This document shows positions 26,695 to 40,630 of a DNA stretch of 64,000 bases, in pieces. The notes beneath the pieces are model-generated. The model searched no databases. It saw nothing but the letters and a program-made list of their open reading frames with translations, and had not been told where the DNA came from. Source of the stretch: Mobula hypostoma (taxonomy: Eukaryota); NCBI RefSeq assembly GCF_963921235.1, contig NC_086097.1:49354001-49418000 (forward strand), given 5' to 3'. Positions within the stretch are counted from its first letter, which is position 1, and each line of letters opens with the position of its first letter. A program made the translations under genes and the position numbers.

Positions 26695-28010
26695 GGACAA
26701 GAACAGATCCTTTGGCCCATGATGTTGTGTCATACTAAATAAGCTAACAATACTTAATAAAAGCAAGCATTACATACACATACTGTATCATCCTACCAAT
26801 GGGTGTAGCCACTTTCAGGGAGCAATGGGCTTGAACCTTGAGACCTCCAGCATCAACACCATTAAAAATCCTGCCATTAATTGTGTATTTTTCCTTTACA
26901 TTTGATCTTCCAAAGTGCAACACCTCACACTTGTTCGGACTAAACATATTTCTTCCATTTCTCCACCTAATTCTGCTACTGATCTATGTCTTGCTGTATC
27001 TTTTGGTAACCTGTTTTGCTATCTATACTAAGCCATAGACAGTGGTGGGACTCTGTTGGTCAGAGATGGAATTACATATTTAGAAAGAGGTGACATAGGG
27101 CCAGAGAATGTTGAATCTTTGTGGGTGGAGTGAAGAAATTGCAAGGGTAACAAAACATTATGGGAATCATATATAGGCCTCCAAATAATAGCCAAAATGT
27201 GGATTTGATTATCTAAATGGGGAAAAGATTCAAACGCCAGAAGAGCAGACGGACAGAAGTCCTCGAGCAAGACTCCCAGAAGGTTAATTTACAGGTTGAG
27301 TCTGTGGTAAAGTAGGCAAATGCAACGTTGGCCTTCATTTCAAGTGGAATAGAATATAAAAACCTAGGAGATAATGCTGAGGCTTTATTAGAAACTGGTC
27401 AAGCCACACTTGGTGTATTGTCAACAGTTTTGGGTCCTAAATCTCAGAAAGGGTGTGCTGTCATTGGAGAGAATCCAGAGGAGTTCACGATGATGATTCC
27501 AGGAATAAAGGTGTTAACATATGAGGAGTGTTTGGCAGCTTTGGGCCTGTACTCACTGGAATTTAGAAGAATGTAGGCGAATCTCATTGAAGCCTACCAA
27601 ATGTTGAAAGAACTAGATGTGGAGAGGGTGTTTCCTATGGTGGGGGTGTCCAGAACTAGAGGGCACAGCCTCAAAATTGAGGGGCTACTTTTTAGAACAA
27701 AGGTCAGGAGGATTTTTTTAGCCAGAGTGTAGCGAATCTGTGGAATGCTCTGAAACAGACTGCTGTGGAGGATAAGACCATGAGTATATTTAAAGCAAAA
27801 AATGACAGTTTCCTGATCGCTCAGGGCATCAAAGGTTATGGCAAGAAGGCAGATGTATGGGATTGATTGGGTTCCAGGATCAGCCATGATGGAATGGCAG
27901 AGCAGACTTGATGGGCTGAATGGCTTAATTCTGCTCCCATGTCTTAAGATATTATGGTCCATCCACAACACTACCAATCTCTGTGCCATCTGTAAACATA
28001 CTCATCCACT
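26695..28010 (-). mobile_element. CR1 fragment interrupted by an opposite-strand CR1
   Basis: Reads MFSPNKCEVLHFGRSN and MLAFI. The segment at 27958-28010 (FTDGTEIGSVVD) continues it. Confidence 0.7.
27035..27958 (+). mobile_element. Internally deleted CR1 (endonuclease remnant joined to the 3' end)
   Basis: ESLWVE and YRPPNNS (endonuclease region) are followed directly by LAFISSGIEYK, LGLYSLEFRRM and the ATTCTGCTCCCATGTCTTA tail. Confidence 0.8.
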
Positions 28011-28015
28011 CAACT

Positions 28016-29070
28016 TTCGGACTATCCTTGTGGTATTTAGTACTGTGCCTTTCTGACGATTTACATAGATATTACTCTGTAGCCCTAATTGTTTAAAGCT
28101 ATTGTGTAGTGCCTTTGGGACAATACCAGTTGTAAGTATTAACTATTGGGACAATGTATACCCTGTTCATGTTCCATAGTCTTTCAATTTCCTCCTTTAA
28201 CTCAGCATATTTCTGGTGTCTTTCATTTATTGATTTCTGTAAGTTTTGTCTGTTTGGAATGGCTATATCTACTAAGTAAGTTGTTCTTGCTTATTTATCC
28301 TGTATTATTATATCCAGGCAATTATTATGGATTGTCCTATATGTAATAACAGATCGGCTGTAATATAATTTGTGGTATTCTGACTTTAAAACTGGATGAG
28401 GCTTGTATTTAGAGTAAGATATGATTTCTTTTATGAGTCTGTATTTTAAAGCAAGACTTTGGTGAATGGTATTTGCTGCTTGCATGTGCCTGTGTAAGTC
28501 ATCAGATTAAGTTAAACTACTACAGGATCCTGTAATGTTTTGGGTTGTTTCTGGCTTTTCTTGGCATTTTCTACATTTATCATCCTGAATTTGTTGGTCT
28601 TTTATTATGTGTTTTTGATAATTTTTGTGTTAACCACCTGGTCTTGTATAGTCACAGAGAGACCTTTGGTTTCTGGGAAGATGTCTCCAACTCTGAGCTA
28701 GGCATTCGATGCTTCCTTGTCAACATCTAGTCTGTTCAGATCATGGGGATGTCTTCCACGGAGGGTCACGCTCTTTCACCGCTTAACTTTTTCTTCAATA
28801 GTGATAACTTCTTAATTTTTCTGAGTGTGCTCTCACATAAGTTTAGTGGTGTATACTTCTTATCAGAATTGCACACATTTGTGTGGAGTGCTGATTCCTG
28901 TTTTCATTGATGAAAATATATCCTTAGAAGTTTTACATGACTGTTTTGTGTAGATTTTTAATGGCTGTTATTCCTCTTCCCACTTCTGTCCTAGGCAGTA
29001 TTCGATTGTACATAATGTTTTCTGAAATTTGTTATTTCAGTTCTTATTTTTCTTTGTAAATCTTTCAAAC
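28016..29070 (-). mobile_element. R4/Dong-clade non-LTR retrotransposon fragment (restriction-like endonuclease region), copy 1
   Basis: Reads DKCRKCQ...NITGSC...HRH, then HQSLALKY and RTIHNNCLDIIIQDK (degenerate NRPD motif), and RVYIVPIV. Confidence 0.75.
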
Positions 29071-29077
29071 TGGTGAT

Positions 29078-29475
29078 TGTTATTATTATTTATGTTTTCT
29101 CAGCGTCAAGCTGGTAAGACCTGAGGAACGGGCATAGTTAAGCACACTTACTTCTCAATTGCTACAAACCTTTGGACTTTTCTAGTGGTGTTTAATATTG
29201 TGGCTTTCTGAAGATTTACATAGATTTTACTGTGTAGTGCTAATTGTTTAATGTTATTGTGTAGTGACTTTGAGATGACACTAGTTGTAGACATGACTAC
29301 TGGGACAATGTATACCCTGTTCATGTTCCATAGTCTTTCAATTTCCTCTTTTGACTCTGCATATATCTGGTGTTCTTCACTTATTGATTTCTGTAAGTTT
29401 TGTCTGTTTGGAATGGCTACATCTATGAAGTAAGTTGCTCTTGCTTCTTTATCCTGTATTATTTTTATTATTAGT
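29078..29475 (-). mobile_element. R4/Dong-clade fragment, copy 2, with a (TAA)n 3' end
   Basis: ORF 29148-29492 reads YFIDVAIPN...EIERLWNM...IVPVVMSTT...LQKATILNTTRKVQRF. A TTATTATTAT tract lies at about 29080-29090. Confidence 0.8.
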
Positions 29476-30534
29476 GTAACTCCGAGCACCAATGTAATTG
29501 ACCCTTAAAAGGCAAAGCAAGCCATTCATTTGCAAAATTACTGCTATGATGAAATAGAGACAGAGAAGTTATGTACTGAATTTGTGACAAAGTTTCTCCC
29601 AATCTAGAGCCCCTTTCTACCTTGCCTCACACCTGACTACGGCCTTGCTACTTCAAGAATCACCATCCCATACTCATTGCCTGTAGACCTTCTTGTCCAG
29701 TTGTCTCCGAAAGGTAGAGTTAATAAACAAAAACCCTTTAAGGAAGGAAGCCAACCAACAACAGTAGCTGGAGAAGTAGACATACTGTGTTATTAAAAAG
29801 TGCACTCATTATTTACCACAATCAACTTGCCTGTTAATTGCCCTGGAAATTCAGTCTATTTTCCAACTTTAAACTTTCTGACCCAGAAATGGAAGTGGTC
29901 ATCAGAAATCAAGTTTCAAGCAGAACTGAATGAACTCTAGGTGATTCCTCTATATTCTAAAATATGGCCTAAGCAAAATGGGAATTTAAACTCATAACCC
30001 TTAGTTCAAAGGTCAATGCTAGAATTTTGTAGGTGCTTACAATAACTGATTCTTTAACACACTGGGTTTTGAAAAGGTTTCTTCTTTAAAAAAATTATAT
30101 CGGAACTGACAATACAATCACAAAATAACAGTTATATAGCCTTTAACTTAGAAAAGTCCCAATGTTGTTAAGTCTCATAATAAGTAGTTCAGTGGACAAG
30201 TCTCCAAAATATCTTGGACTATTCATTTGAAGAATTCAGTTTCATTCCCATGACAGCAGCTGAGGAATTTAATTTCAAATAAGCTGGAACAAGAAGCTAG
30301 CAGGAATGAAATAAATGAAATGGTGTCAAAAACTGGTTTATTGTTGTCTTTCAGGGAAGAAAACCTTCTATTGAAGGTGGTGCCAGTTTTTTGGCTCAAT
30401 TTGGTTGAATCTTGCATTCATTTCTTTCAGAGTTTCCAATAGATCAGCTTCTAGAATACTCAGATTATCACATAACTGCCCAATATTCTCTAATCTTCCA
30501 TTTGTCTTGCTGGAATAAGGTTTTCTGCATTAAA

Positions 30535-31200
30535 TAGAAGACAGAAAGTAGGGGTAAAAGTTGTCATTCTGGCTGGTGGCCCATGCCCAGAGGTGTTCCA
30601 CAAGGATTGGTGCTAGGACCACTGTTGTTTGAGATATATGAGCTGGAGGAAAACAAAGGTAGGGAGATTAACAAATTTCTAGACAGCAAGATTGGTCTAA
30701 TTGTAGAGAGTATAAAGGACTGTCAGAGAGTACAGTGAGATGTGTATTTGTTATAGATATGGGTAGAGAATATGGAGTTTAATCTGAACACCTTAACATG
30801 TTGCACTTTGTGAGGTCAAATGAAAAGAGAAAGTTACAGATAATGGTCAGCCCCTTAACAGCATTAGGGCACAAAGGGATTTTGGAATCTAGCTCCATAG
30901 TTTATTGAAAGTGGCTGCACAAGTGGATAGAATGGGAAAGAATACATATGGAATGCTTGCCTTCATTGGAAAGGGTTTTGTGTTTATGAGTAAGGAAGTC
31001 ACGCTACAGCTATATAAAACTTCAATCAGTCAGCACTTGAAGCATTGTGTGCAATTCTGGTCACTCCATTATAGAAAGCGTATGGGGATAATGGAGAGGA
31101 TGCAGAAGCTCATTTGGATGCTGCCTGGCTATAAAACTTGGAAAACTTGGATTGCCCTCCTAGAGAGGAGGCTGATAGAGGTTTTTTAAATTATGAGAAT
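30535..31200 (+). mobile_element. Degraded CR1 RT fragment
   Basis: Reads GVPQGLVLGPLLF, YGMLAFI and HLKHCVQFWSLHY. Confidence 0.8.
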
Positions 31201-31399
31201 CATAACTTAATATGAGACCCTCATAATTATGAGGGTCTATCTAAACCAAAAACCCTGGATCAACAGTTTGTGCGAGCAGCACTTGCCATACAACACAGAG
31301 CTTATGTGGACGGTAATCAGCAGGAGCTCAAGAAATGCATGTCCTCTGGTGTCTGGCATTTCTATCCTGGGAAAAAGATTCTGGCTACCATCTCTATAT

Positions 31400-32925
31400 A
31401 TTGAATTGAATTGCCTTTATTAATTACATCCTTCACATACCTGAGGAGTAAAAATATTACATCTCCGTCTAAATGTGCAATGTGCAATTTATAGTTATTT
31501 ATAATAAATAGTATCAGGATAGTCAATATAACATAGAAATACAATTGTATCAGCGTGAATTAATCAGTCTGACGGCCTGGTGGAAGAAGCTGTGCCAGGG
31601 CCTGTTGGTCCTGGCTTTTATGCTGGGGTACCGTCCCTGGATGGTAGCAGCTGGAATTATTTGTGGTTGTGGTGACTTGGGTCTCCAATGATCCTTCAGG
31701 CCCTTTTTACCTGTTCTTGTAAATATCCTGAATAGTGGGAAGTTCACATCTACAGATGCACTGGGCTGTCCGCACCACTCTCTGCAGAGCCCTGCGATTG
31801 GGGGAAGTACAGTTCCCATACCAGGCAGTGATGCAGCCAGTCAGGATGCTCTCAATTGTGACCCTGTAGAAAGTTCTTAGGATTTGGGGGCCCAGACCAA
31901 ACTTCTTCAATCGTCTGAGGTGAAAGAGGAGCTGTTGTGATTTTTTCACCACACAGCTAGTATGTACAGACCACGAGAGATCCTCGATGATGTTTATGCT
32001 GAAGAACTTAAAGCTGTTCATCCTCTCAACCCTAGATCCCTTGATGTCTATAGGAGTTAGCCTATCTCCATTCCTTCTGTAATCCACAACCAGCTCCTTT
32101 GTTTTTGCAACATTAAGGGAGAGGTTGTTTTCTTGACACCACTGTGTCAGGGTGGTGACGACTTCTCTGTATGCTGCCTTGTTATTATTTGAGACTAGGC
32201 TAATCAATGTAGTGTCGTCAGCAGATTTAATTAGCAGATTGGAGCTGTGGGTGGCGACAGTCATGGGTATACAGTGGGTAAAGGAGGGGGCTTAGGACAC
32301 AGCCCTGAGGGGAACCTGTGTTGAGGGTCAGAGGGGCAGAGGTGAGGGAGCCCTCTCTTACCATCTGCTGGCAATCTGACAGGAAGTCCAAGATCCAGCT
32401 GCACGAGGCAGGGTGAAGACCAAGGTCTCCGAACTTCTTGTCGAGCCTGGAGGGAATTATCGTGTTGAATGCTAAACTGTAGTCCAAGAACAGCATTCTC
32501 ACATAGGCATCAGTCTTCTCCAGATGTGCAAGAACGGTGTGTAGAGCTGTGGTTATGTTGTCAATTGGTTGCGTCAGTAGGCAAATTGTAGGGGTACATT
32601 GTGGGTGGTAGCAAGCTGCAGATGTAGTCTTTGACCAGCCTCTGAAAGCATTTGCCTATTATTGAGGTGAGTGTGACAGGACGCCAGTCGCTCAGACACG
32701 TTACCTTGGTCTTTTTAGGCACAGGGACAATGGTGAACGTTTTGAAGCAGGAGGGCACTCTACACTGGGAGATGCAGAGATTAAAAATGTCTGTAAGCAC
32801 ACCTACCAGTTGTGCCGCGCACATCCTGAGTACCCACCCTGGGATGCCGTCCAGTCCCGCAGCCTTACAGCTGTCCACTCATTGGAAACACCTGTGTACT
32901 TCAGCCTCTGAGATTACCAAAGTGC
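31400..32925 (-). mobile_element. Rex1/Babar LINE RT region to 3' end
   Basis: Overlapping ORFs read [70 protein letters not shown] and SFFHQAVRLIN. The tail is (CAATT)n-like. Confidence 0.9.
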
Positions 32926-32989
32926 AGGGCATTTTGTGTGTGTTGCTTTGGATTTCCAGCATCTGCAGATTTTCTTGTGCTTAAAATTA

Positions 32990-35565
32990 AAGAGAATCCC
33001 AAGGCATTCTATATACACATCAAGGGCAAGAGCACAAGTAGGGAGTGGGGAAAGAAACATGTGTTAAAGGTAGAGGATGTGGTCCTAAATGAGTAGCTTG
33101 CATCAGTATTTAGCAAGAAGAACATGGAGGATAGAGAGATCAGTGTAGAGTGTGCTCATTTGCTAAATCATTTCAAGATAAGGGAGGCAGCATTGGGTCT
33201 CTTAAAGAAAGTTAAGATGCATAGGTCCCCAAGGTCTGATAGGATATGTCCCAAGTTATTGAGAGAGTCAAGAGATGATATTACTGGGGCCTTGACTAAT
33301 ATCTCCCTGTCCACTCTAGCCACAGGTGAGGTCCCAGAGGACTGCAGAATAGCTAATTTGTTTCTTTATTCAAGAAGGGAACCAGGAGTAATCCTGGAAA
33401 CTATAGACCTGCAAGTCTCACATCAGTGGTAGGGAAGTTACTGGAGAGGATTCTTGAGGATAGGATTTCCGAGCATTTGGAAAATCATGGTCCAATGAAG
33501 AACAGTCTGCATGGCTTTGTGCAAGGCAAGTTGTGTCTCACTAACTTGACTGAGTTTTTAAAGGAAGTATGAAGGTGATTAATGGAGCTGTGGATGTGGT
33601 CTACATAGATCTTAGTACGGCTTTTGACAAGGTTCCTCATGGAAGGCTCATCCAGAAGATGCATGGGATCCATGGTGAATTGCTGTTCGGATTCAGAACT
33701 GGCTTGCCCATAGAAGACAGAGATGTTATTGGTCAATCAAAGTTATTCTGGCTGGAGGTCAGTGACTAGTGGTGTTCCACTGGAACCTCTGCTGTTAGTG
33801 ATATGTATAAATGACCTGGATGAAAATGTAGTTAGATGGATAAGGAAGTTTTCAGATGACACAAAGATTGGTGGTGTTGCAGACAGTGCAGAAAACTGGC
33901 AAAGGACACAACAGGATATAGATCAGTTGCAGGTAAGGGCAGAGATATGGCAGATGGAGTTTAAACCGGGCAATGAAGAGTTTCACTTTGGGAGACCAGA
34001 TGTAAAGAGAATGTACAATTTGAATGGTATTTCCCTTAACAGTGTTGATATGCAGAGATCTCGGGGTCCAAGTCCGTTCCTCCCTGAAACTGGGTTAATA
34101 GGGTTAACTGGGTTAATGAAGGCATATAGCATGCTTGTCTTTATTAGTTGAAGAATTACAGTAAGTTCAAAAGTCAGAAAATTATGTTGCAAACACAACT
34201 CTGGTTAGGCTGCATCTGGAGTATTGCATTCAGTTCTGGTCACCCCATTATAGGATGGATGTTGAGGCTTTGGAGAGGGTGCAGAAGAGGTTTACCAGTA
34301 TGTTGCGTGGTTTAGAGGGTATGTGCTATAAGGAAATTTTGGACAAACTTGGGTTGCTTTATCCAGAGTGACAGAGATCTGACATTTATAAGTTCATGAG
34401 AGGTATAAACAGAATAGACAGGCAGTATCTTGTTCCAGGGTTGTAACGTCTAATACCGGAGGGCATGCATGTAATGTGAGAAGGGCAAGTTCAATGGACG
34501 TGTGCAGGATAAGTGTTTTTTTTTGAGCAGAGAGTAACATGGAATGCGCTGCCTGGAGTGCTAGTGAGATGAATGTGATAGAGGAGTTCATCTCCTAGAT
34601 AGGCTAATGAGTCTGCTAGAAATGGAAAGATAAATTTCAAAGTAAATTTATTATCGATGTATGAATATGTCACTATATATGAGCTTGAGATTCATTTTCT
34701 TGCAGGCATTTATAGTAGAACTTAGAAATGCAATAGAATCAATGAAAAATTATGCACAAAGACTACAGACAATGTACAAAAAAGCCAAATAGTGCAGATA
34801 GATAGATAAAAGAATACTTAATTGATTAATTAATACTGATGACATGAGTTATAGAGTCCTTGAAAGTGTCTCCATAGATTGTGGAATCAGTTCAGAGTTG
34901 GGGAGAATCAAATTATCAATGTTGGTTCAAAAGCCTGATGGTTGAAGGGTAATAACTGTCACTGAACCTGGTGGTGTGGGACCTAAAGCTTCTGTACCTC
35001 CTTTCCAATGGCAGCAGAGAGATGAGAGCTTGGCCTGGGTGGTGAGAATCCTTGATCATAGGTGCTATTTTCTTGTGGCAGCGTTCCTTGTAGATGTGCT
35101 CAGTGGAGAGCAGGGCTTTGCCTCTAATGAACTGGGCAGTATTCCACTACTTTTTAGAGGCTTTTCCATTCATGGGTGTTTGTGTTTCCATACCAGGCCG
35201 TGATGCAACCAGTTGGGATACTCAACTACATAAGTTTATAAATTTCTTATATGACATGCTGAATCTATGCAAACTTCTAAGACAGTGGAAGTGATGTTGT
35301 ATCTTCTTTGTGATGGCACTTATGTGCTGCTCCTAGGACAGATTCCCTGATATGATAACCCCAAGGAATTTAAAATTACCAACACTCTTCACCTCCAATT
35401 TCCTAATGAGGACTGGCTCATGGACCTTTGGTTTCTTCTTCCTGAACAGGACATTGTGTAGAATGAAGGGATTAGGTTAGTTGAACATTAGATCACTAAC
35501 TTAATATGTTTGACACAACATTGTAGTCTGAAAGGCCTGCTCCTTTGCTGTACTATTTTATGTTC
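32990..35565 (+). mobile_element. CR1 ORF2 fragment, interrupted at about 34625-35445
   Basis: Reads SPRSDRICP, VDVVYIDLSTAFDKVPH, KFSDDTKIGGV and HLEYCIQFWSPHY. The 3' tail resumes at about 35445. Confidence 0.85.
34625..35445 (-). mobile_element. Degraded Rex/Babar-like 3' fragment
   Basis: Similar to 31560-32040 in the same orientation (CCATACCAGGCCGTGATGCAACCAG). Confidence 0.6.
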
Positions 35566-35569
35566 GATC

Positions 35570-35990
35570 CTTCCTATACTGAGGTGACCAGAATCCAATT
35601 CAATTCCCCTTAAGTGCAGCCTAAACAGTGTTTTATAAATCTATAACATAACCTTCTGGCTCTTGTTCACAATGCTTCAACAAATGAAGTCAAGCATGTC
35701 AAGCACCTTCTTTACCACTTCATCAATCTATGCAACTGCTTTCAGAAAGCCATGAACCTGGGCCCAATGGCCCATCTCTTCATCAATGCTGTTAAGGATC
35801 TTGCAATTAACTGTGTACTCCATCTTTAATATTGGATCTCCAAAAGTGCTGTGCCTCATACTTACCAGGATTAAACTCTCTTTGACACTTCTCTGACCAT
35901 ACCTGCACCATTTCCATCATAAAATGTTTAATCTTGCACCCTTGATAATCAGTGAGATTTTCACTCACAAGTCCTCCGCCATCAACATCC
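35570..35990 (-). mobile_element. Degraded CR1 fragment
   Basis: Reads WSEKCQREFNPGKYEAQHF. Confidence 0.6.
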
Positions 35991-36203
35991 AATCAGCCAC
36001 CACAGACAAGAATCTCAATTAAGCCAGGCTCATGACTACTACGGCTGCAAGAGCAGATCAAAGGTAAGTTATGCTTTGGAAAAGATTCACCTCCTGACAC
36101 GTCAATCTCTTTCCACCACCTACAAGGTGCAAGTCAGATAGAATACCAGAACCAGAAACGCCTGAATTCTTCAGCACCAAAACAGATCAGTGTCTACATA
36201 GAC

Positions 36204-36281
36204 CAGGGGCTCTCACTTGGGGTCCAAGGACCCCTCAGTTAACGGTAGGTGTCCATGGCATAAAAAAGCCAGGTATCCCTC
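36204..36281. mobile_element. hAT-type MITE, same family as 8422-8501
   Basis: CAGGGG left end; the internal GTCCATGGCATAAAAAAG is the reverse complement of part of the 8422 copy. Flanks ACATAGAC/ATCTAGAG resemble a Charlie-type target. Confidence 0.55.
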
Positions 36282-38684
36282 ATCTAGAGAGATCCTGCCA
36301 TGAACTTCCTACAGCTCCCCCCAAAAAAATCGGAAGATCCCTACCTACACTTTGGAGTCACTAATTGTTGGATATAACCACCCTGTTTAGGAATTTCCAG
36401 ATAGGATGGTCTCTGGTGCTTGATGGTGACCTCAGTAACTTTATCTAAGTTTAGTATTAGTTTAGAACTGAATGATTGGAGACTTGAGAGTGAAGTAGTT
36501 CCTGATTTCTGAAGTTCCCCAAACCCCTCTGTCAGACCCTGCTGATGCATCTGAATATCCAGTAGCCACATGCTCATAATACTTATGGACCATCATTTAC
36601 AAATACAGTTTATACTTCGAACTCTCCAAAACTCATTGGTAACTAGAATAATCTCCTGGAATTAGAGGAAGTACCTTGCCTCATTTCAACAGCGTCACGA
36701 GAAATAGATGAACCAACACTGAGTGTAGACAACACTTACTTGTATAACCAGAACAAATATATTAAAAAAGCACATAACCTTCAACCTCCAAAAATTGCTT
36801 TAAAATATAAAGCTTACTGTTGAGGAAGTCACAAAATCCACCCTTGACAGACTTTGCCAATTTGAGTCAGAGACCAGAATATGGAGCTTTTATGCACTAC
36901 ATCCAACAAAACCACCCAAGAATACTACAAAACTTCCCAAGCAAAACCATGCCTCATTATACAGTATGTGGGCAACATTGCTTCATACTTCCCCATACTT
37001 CCAGGCACTTGAATCAAAAGGATGATTCTGCAATAAACTTTCCAATTTGCAAAAAACCATTTGATCTAAATGGAGCAAATCCAGATAAAAATCCCTCTTT
37101 GAAGTTAAGAGAAAAATGGTCATATTTATAATTATTTTATGGAAAATCCCTGGGGCTGTTTTACATTTTTAGTTCATAATTTGTGATAGACAGGCTCACT
37201 TATATGGTTTTGTGTAGCATTTCATAGCTGCTTAGCAGAATCTCTCAACAGCATTATTGATGCAGCCTTTATGCCTGAATGCCTCTTAAATAAGTTCATC
37301 ATCACTTTATGATTTCTACTAATAAAAAATGACAGTCATACTGACATTTAATCTGCACTGGATTGCATATGGGTTCAACTAACATGAAAACTACATTGAG
37401 AATTCAGACAGAATGATCTTTATACATTTCTATTAATTGTCAAGCAGATGTGTTTAACATACAGGCAGTGAGGCAGGCGGTACCATTTGTTCAGCATGTT
37501 ATATTTATACCAGTGCTAGACACCATGCTTTTTGTAAACGGAAAACAGTGAAAAACCTTTCCAAATTTAAACACAATCACTTGGCATTTACTTTTCATTA
37601 CCATTGATACCCTGGCTCATTTGAATTGCTAATCCTACAGCATTCAAGACCACAGAACTGTTGCTGCTAAATCTCGTCGATTTCTACTTTACAGATAATG
37701 AAGACTTGGTAAAATTATTCCATCTGAGTTCTGAAAGGGTTTTACCAACAGGCTATAAAACGTACAGATGGTGACAGATGAAAAAGACCAGCTGGACCAT
37801 TTGGCCTGTCCAGCACAAAAATTATGCAATTCAGCATTCTTTGCCCTCATACTGTAAAATGACCTGCAAAAAACTTCCTAGAAGGGAGTAAATAAAGTTT
37901 TTAAACAAGTTATTTCAAGTAATATGGAATTCTAGAAATATCTCTCCAGTTCCTTTTCCAGTTCCTTAAAAAAAAAATTCCATTAGAAAGTCAACATGAG
38001 GCACAGGGTCCAAGATCCCAGCTATCTTGTGCACAGTGATAGCCTCCCCCAGAACATGGACTATGAATCTGCTTTCATTGAATAAGTTCTTGCTCCAAAG
38101 CTCCATTACTATCTGCAAAAAATAAGAACCTAGATATTTAACTTTCCATTCTTTCTGTAATTTTTAGGCACTTTGCCTCCTCTAATTAACATCTCAAAAT
38201 TAAATAGTCTATTCACAAATATGCAACATTCATAATTTTAAATATCCTTATCAAATCTCTTAGAACACCATGTTTTGCGGAATAAAAGTATCTCTTCAAG
38301 CCAATGATAATAACTACGTTGTGTTGCAAGCCTCCTCTGGGTTATTTCCAAGGTCACTTCAAGCAAAACCAAAGCTGGACACTGTACTTTAAAAAAGATT
38401 GAACTGACACTGCAGTATTACAAAGATAATAGATATCCTTTAGTATCAGCCATTGGACCCCATTTGTGTACATTACTCAATTGGAACCTTATGGCATGCT
38501 GCATGCAACTTGCAAGTTTAAATGACAGTGTTCCAAATGTATCCTCTTTGTATGCCTTAAATAAGCAAGACATGGTGATAATGTATACAGCTGTGCAATA
38601 CACATTTAATGCCAAGCTTGTCAAATTAGTCTGCGTGTACTCAGTTAACCGTGTGTGCCAAGCACGTGTTCTCTAGCAAAACAG

Positions 38685-38970
38685 AAGGAGAACATTCAGC
38701 CATCAAGTCTACGCCAGCTCTTACAGCAATCCCACAAATCCCTTTTCCCCCACTTGTTTTGCCTCTGTTACCACTTTCTCTCACTTGCCCATTAAATTGC
38801 CCTACCCGGATTCACCCACACTGGACGTTATTTACAGCAACCAATTAACTCTCCAACCAGCAGCCACGTGGTCAGAGGGAGAACGTGCAAACTCCACACA
38901 GACAGCACCTGAGATCAGGATCAAATACAACTCAGTAGGGTTGTAGCTAAGTGCTGCACTGCTATGCTGC
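38685..38970 (-). mobile_element. tRNA-derived SINE, degraded
   Basis: The core GGGAGAACGTGCAAACTCCACACAGACAGCAC is shared with 60075-60110. Confidence 0.6.
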
Positions 38971-39539
38971 TCAACTGGGTCTGAAAACCGCAGGCGAAGC
39001 CTTGCATTTATAAATCTTTAAGTGATCTGCAATGAGGTGCCAAGTTTCCACAGTGCCACAAAAATGCTAACACCAACAAGGGGAAGCTTAACAATCTGCC
39101 ATTGGCATTGTGTGCTCTCCCGCTATAAAAATCCTGTTTGAAAGGAACTGGATCAATCACTCAATTGCTATGACTACCAAAGCACATTGAAAGCAGGATA
39201 TTTTACAGTAGGAACTCAACTTTTAACTTCCCAAAGGTCTTCAACCTGTCATCATTTCTGTAGAATGAATTTTACTAATCTCTAAGAGTGCAACTGCAAA
39301 GATACTGATATTTTTAAAAAGTTTTTTTTTAGGGAAAACAGCTCTGTGCACTACCATTCATCAGAACCACCCTGAACATTCAATATAGCCCGATATCAAT
39401 GCGAGGCTTCCACTGGTATGAAATAATGACAACAGCTTACCTTCACCAGCACAGCAAAAATCTTTAACCTCTTCACTTCTACTCTAGAAAGGAGAGCAAT
39501 CGCTTAAGTGTTCCAACTCCTAACATGGAAAATACAGTA

Positions 39540-40083
39540 CACACAGTGGATACTTTATTAGGTACAGGAATGGAACCCGCAGTCTTCTGCTGCTGTAGCC
39601 CATTCACTTCAAAGTTATGCATGTTGTATGTTCAGAGATGCTGTTCTGAACACCAGTGCTGTAACATAGGGTTACTTGAATGACTGTCACCTTCCTGTCA
39701 GCCTGACCCAGTCTGGCCACTCTCAATCTGATCTTTCTCATCAATAAGGCATTTTTGCCCACAGAACTGCTGTTCACTGGATGTGTTCTTGTTTTTTTAC
39801 ATCATTCTCTGCAAACTCTAGAGACTATACATGAAGATCCCAGGAGATCAGCAGCTTCTAAGATACTCAAACCACTTTGTCTGGCACCAATAATCATTCC
39901 ACGGTCAAAGTCACTCAGACCATATTTCTTTCCCATTCTGATGTTTGATCTAAATAACAACTGAGCATCTTGACCATGTTCACATACTCCTATGCATTCA
40001 GCCACTGCCTCATAACCGGTTGATTAGATATTTGCAGTAATAAGCAGGTTTACAGGTTTTCCTAAGAAAGTGGCCCCTGAGTG
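39540..40083 (-). mobile_element. Internally deleted Tc1/mariner element
   Basis: TA TSD (39538-39539 and 40084-40085). TIRs CACACAGTGGATACTTTATTAGG / CCTAAGAAAGTGGCCCCTGAGTG. Transposase N-terminus MGKKYGLSDFDRGMIIGARQSGLSI. Confidence 0.9.
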
Positions 40084-40132
40084 TAATTCTCTATAATCTC
40101 ATGTAGAGCACTCATTCCCTATGTTACAGCCC

Positions 40133-40630
40133 TGTTGTGACTGTGAACAAAGTCCCCAGAGAGACACTGAAGCTAGTAGATATAGAAGTCTTTATTGAGC
40201 AAAGCAAGCAGCAGGCATCATATTCTAGTTACTCTTGGAAGAGTCCTGCCTGACCCAATGTTACATGACATTTTTATGTGCTAAAGATCAAAGGTAACAG
40301 TCGGATAATTCTATAGTTACAATGAATCTACAATGCTTCCTTTGAATTACATATAATTTTCAAACACCTCCATCTTCACACCCACTCTCCAGACACCCAA
40401 AATGAATGTTAACTCCCACTGACTCTGGGCCACATTCATGCATATGCAGGCATCTGCGGTCAAATGGAGTGTTTCTTTGTTTTCAACCAACCACAAAATG
40501 TAGCTCCAGGAAGACCATTCTTCAGAGCTGCATTTTAAATTCAATCTACAATCCACGTTCAGGTCTGAAGACTGGCTCCTGTTGAAATTAGTATTTGCTA
40601 TATACCATAACTCCAGACTACACCCAAACA
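40133..40630 (-). mobile_element. Solo LTR, family A
   Basis: Termini TGTTG...AAACA, with TSD AGCCC/AGGCC (40128-40132 and 40631-40635). The first 100 bp or so align by eye to 562-660. Confidence 0.75.

Noticed and set aside
36341..36600. Protein-like minus-strand frames (MSMWLLDIQ... and MVHKYYEHVATGYS...) as a second viral or host fragment
   Set aside because: Short, two competing frames, no recognisable motif and no tail. Not supportable without a search, though worth including in the BLASTx of the neighbouring region.
39435..39490. Minus-strand acceptor/donor pair (TTTCTAG ... AAG|GTAAGC) as a small exon
   Set aside because: It falls inside the continuous fossil reading frame, and there is no other evidence for a minus-strand spliced gene.
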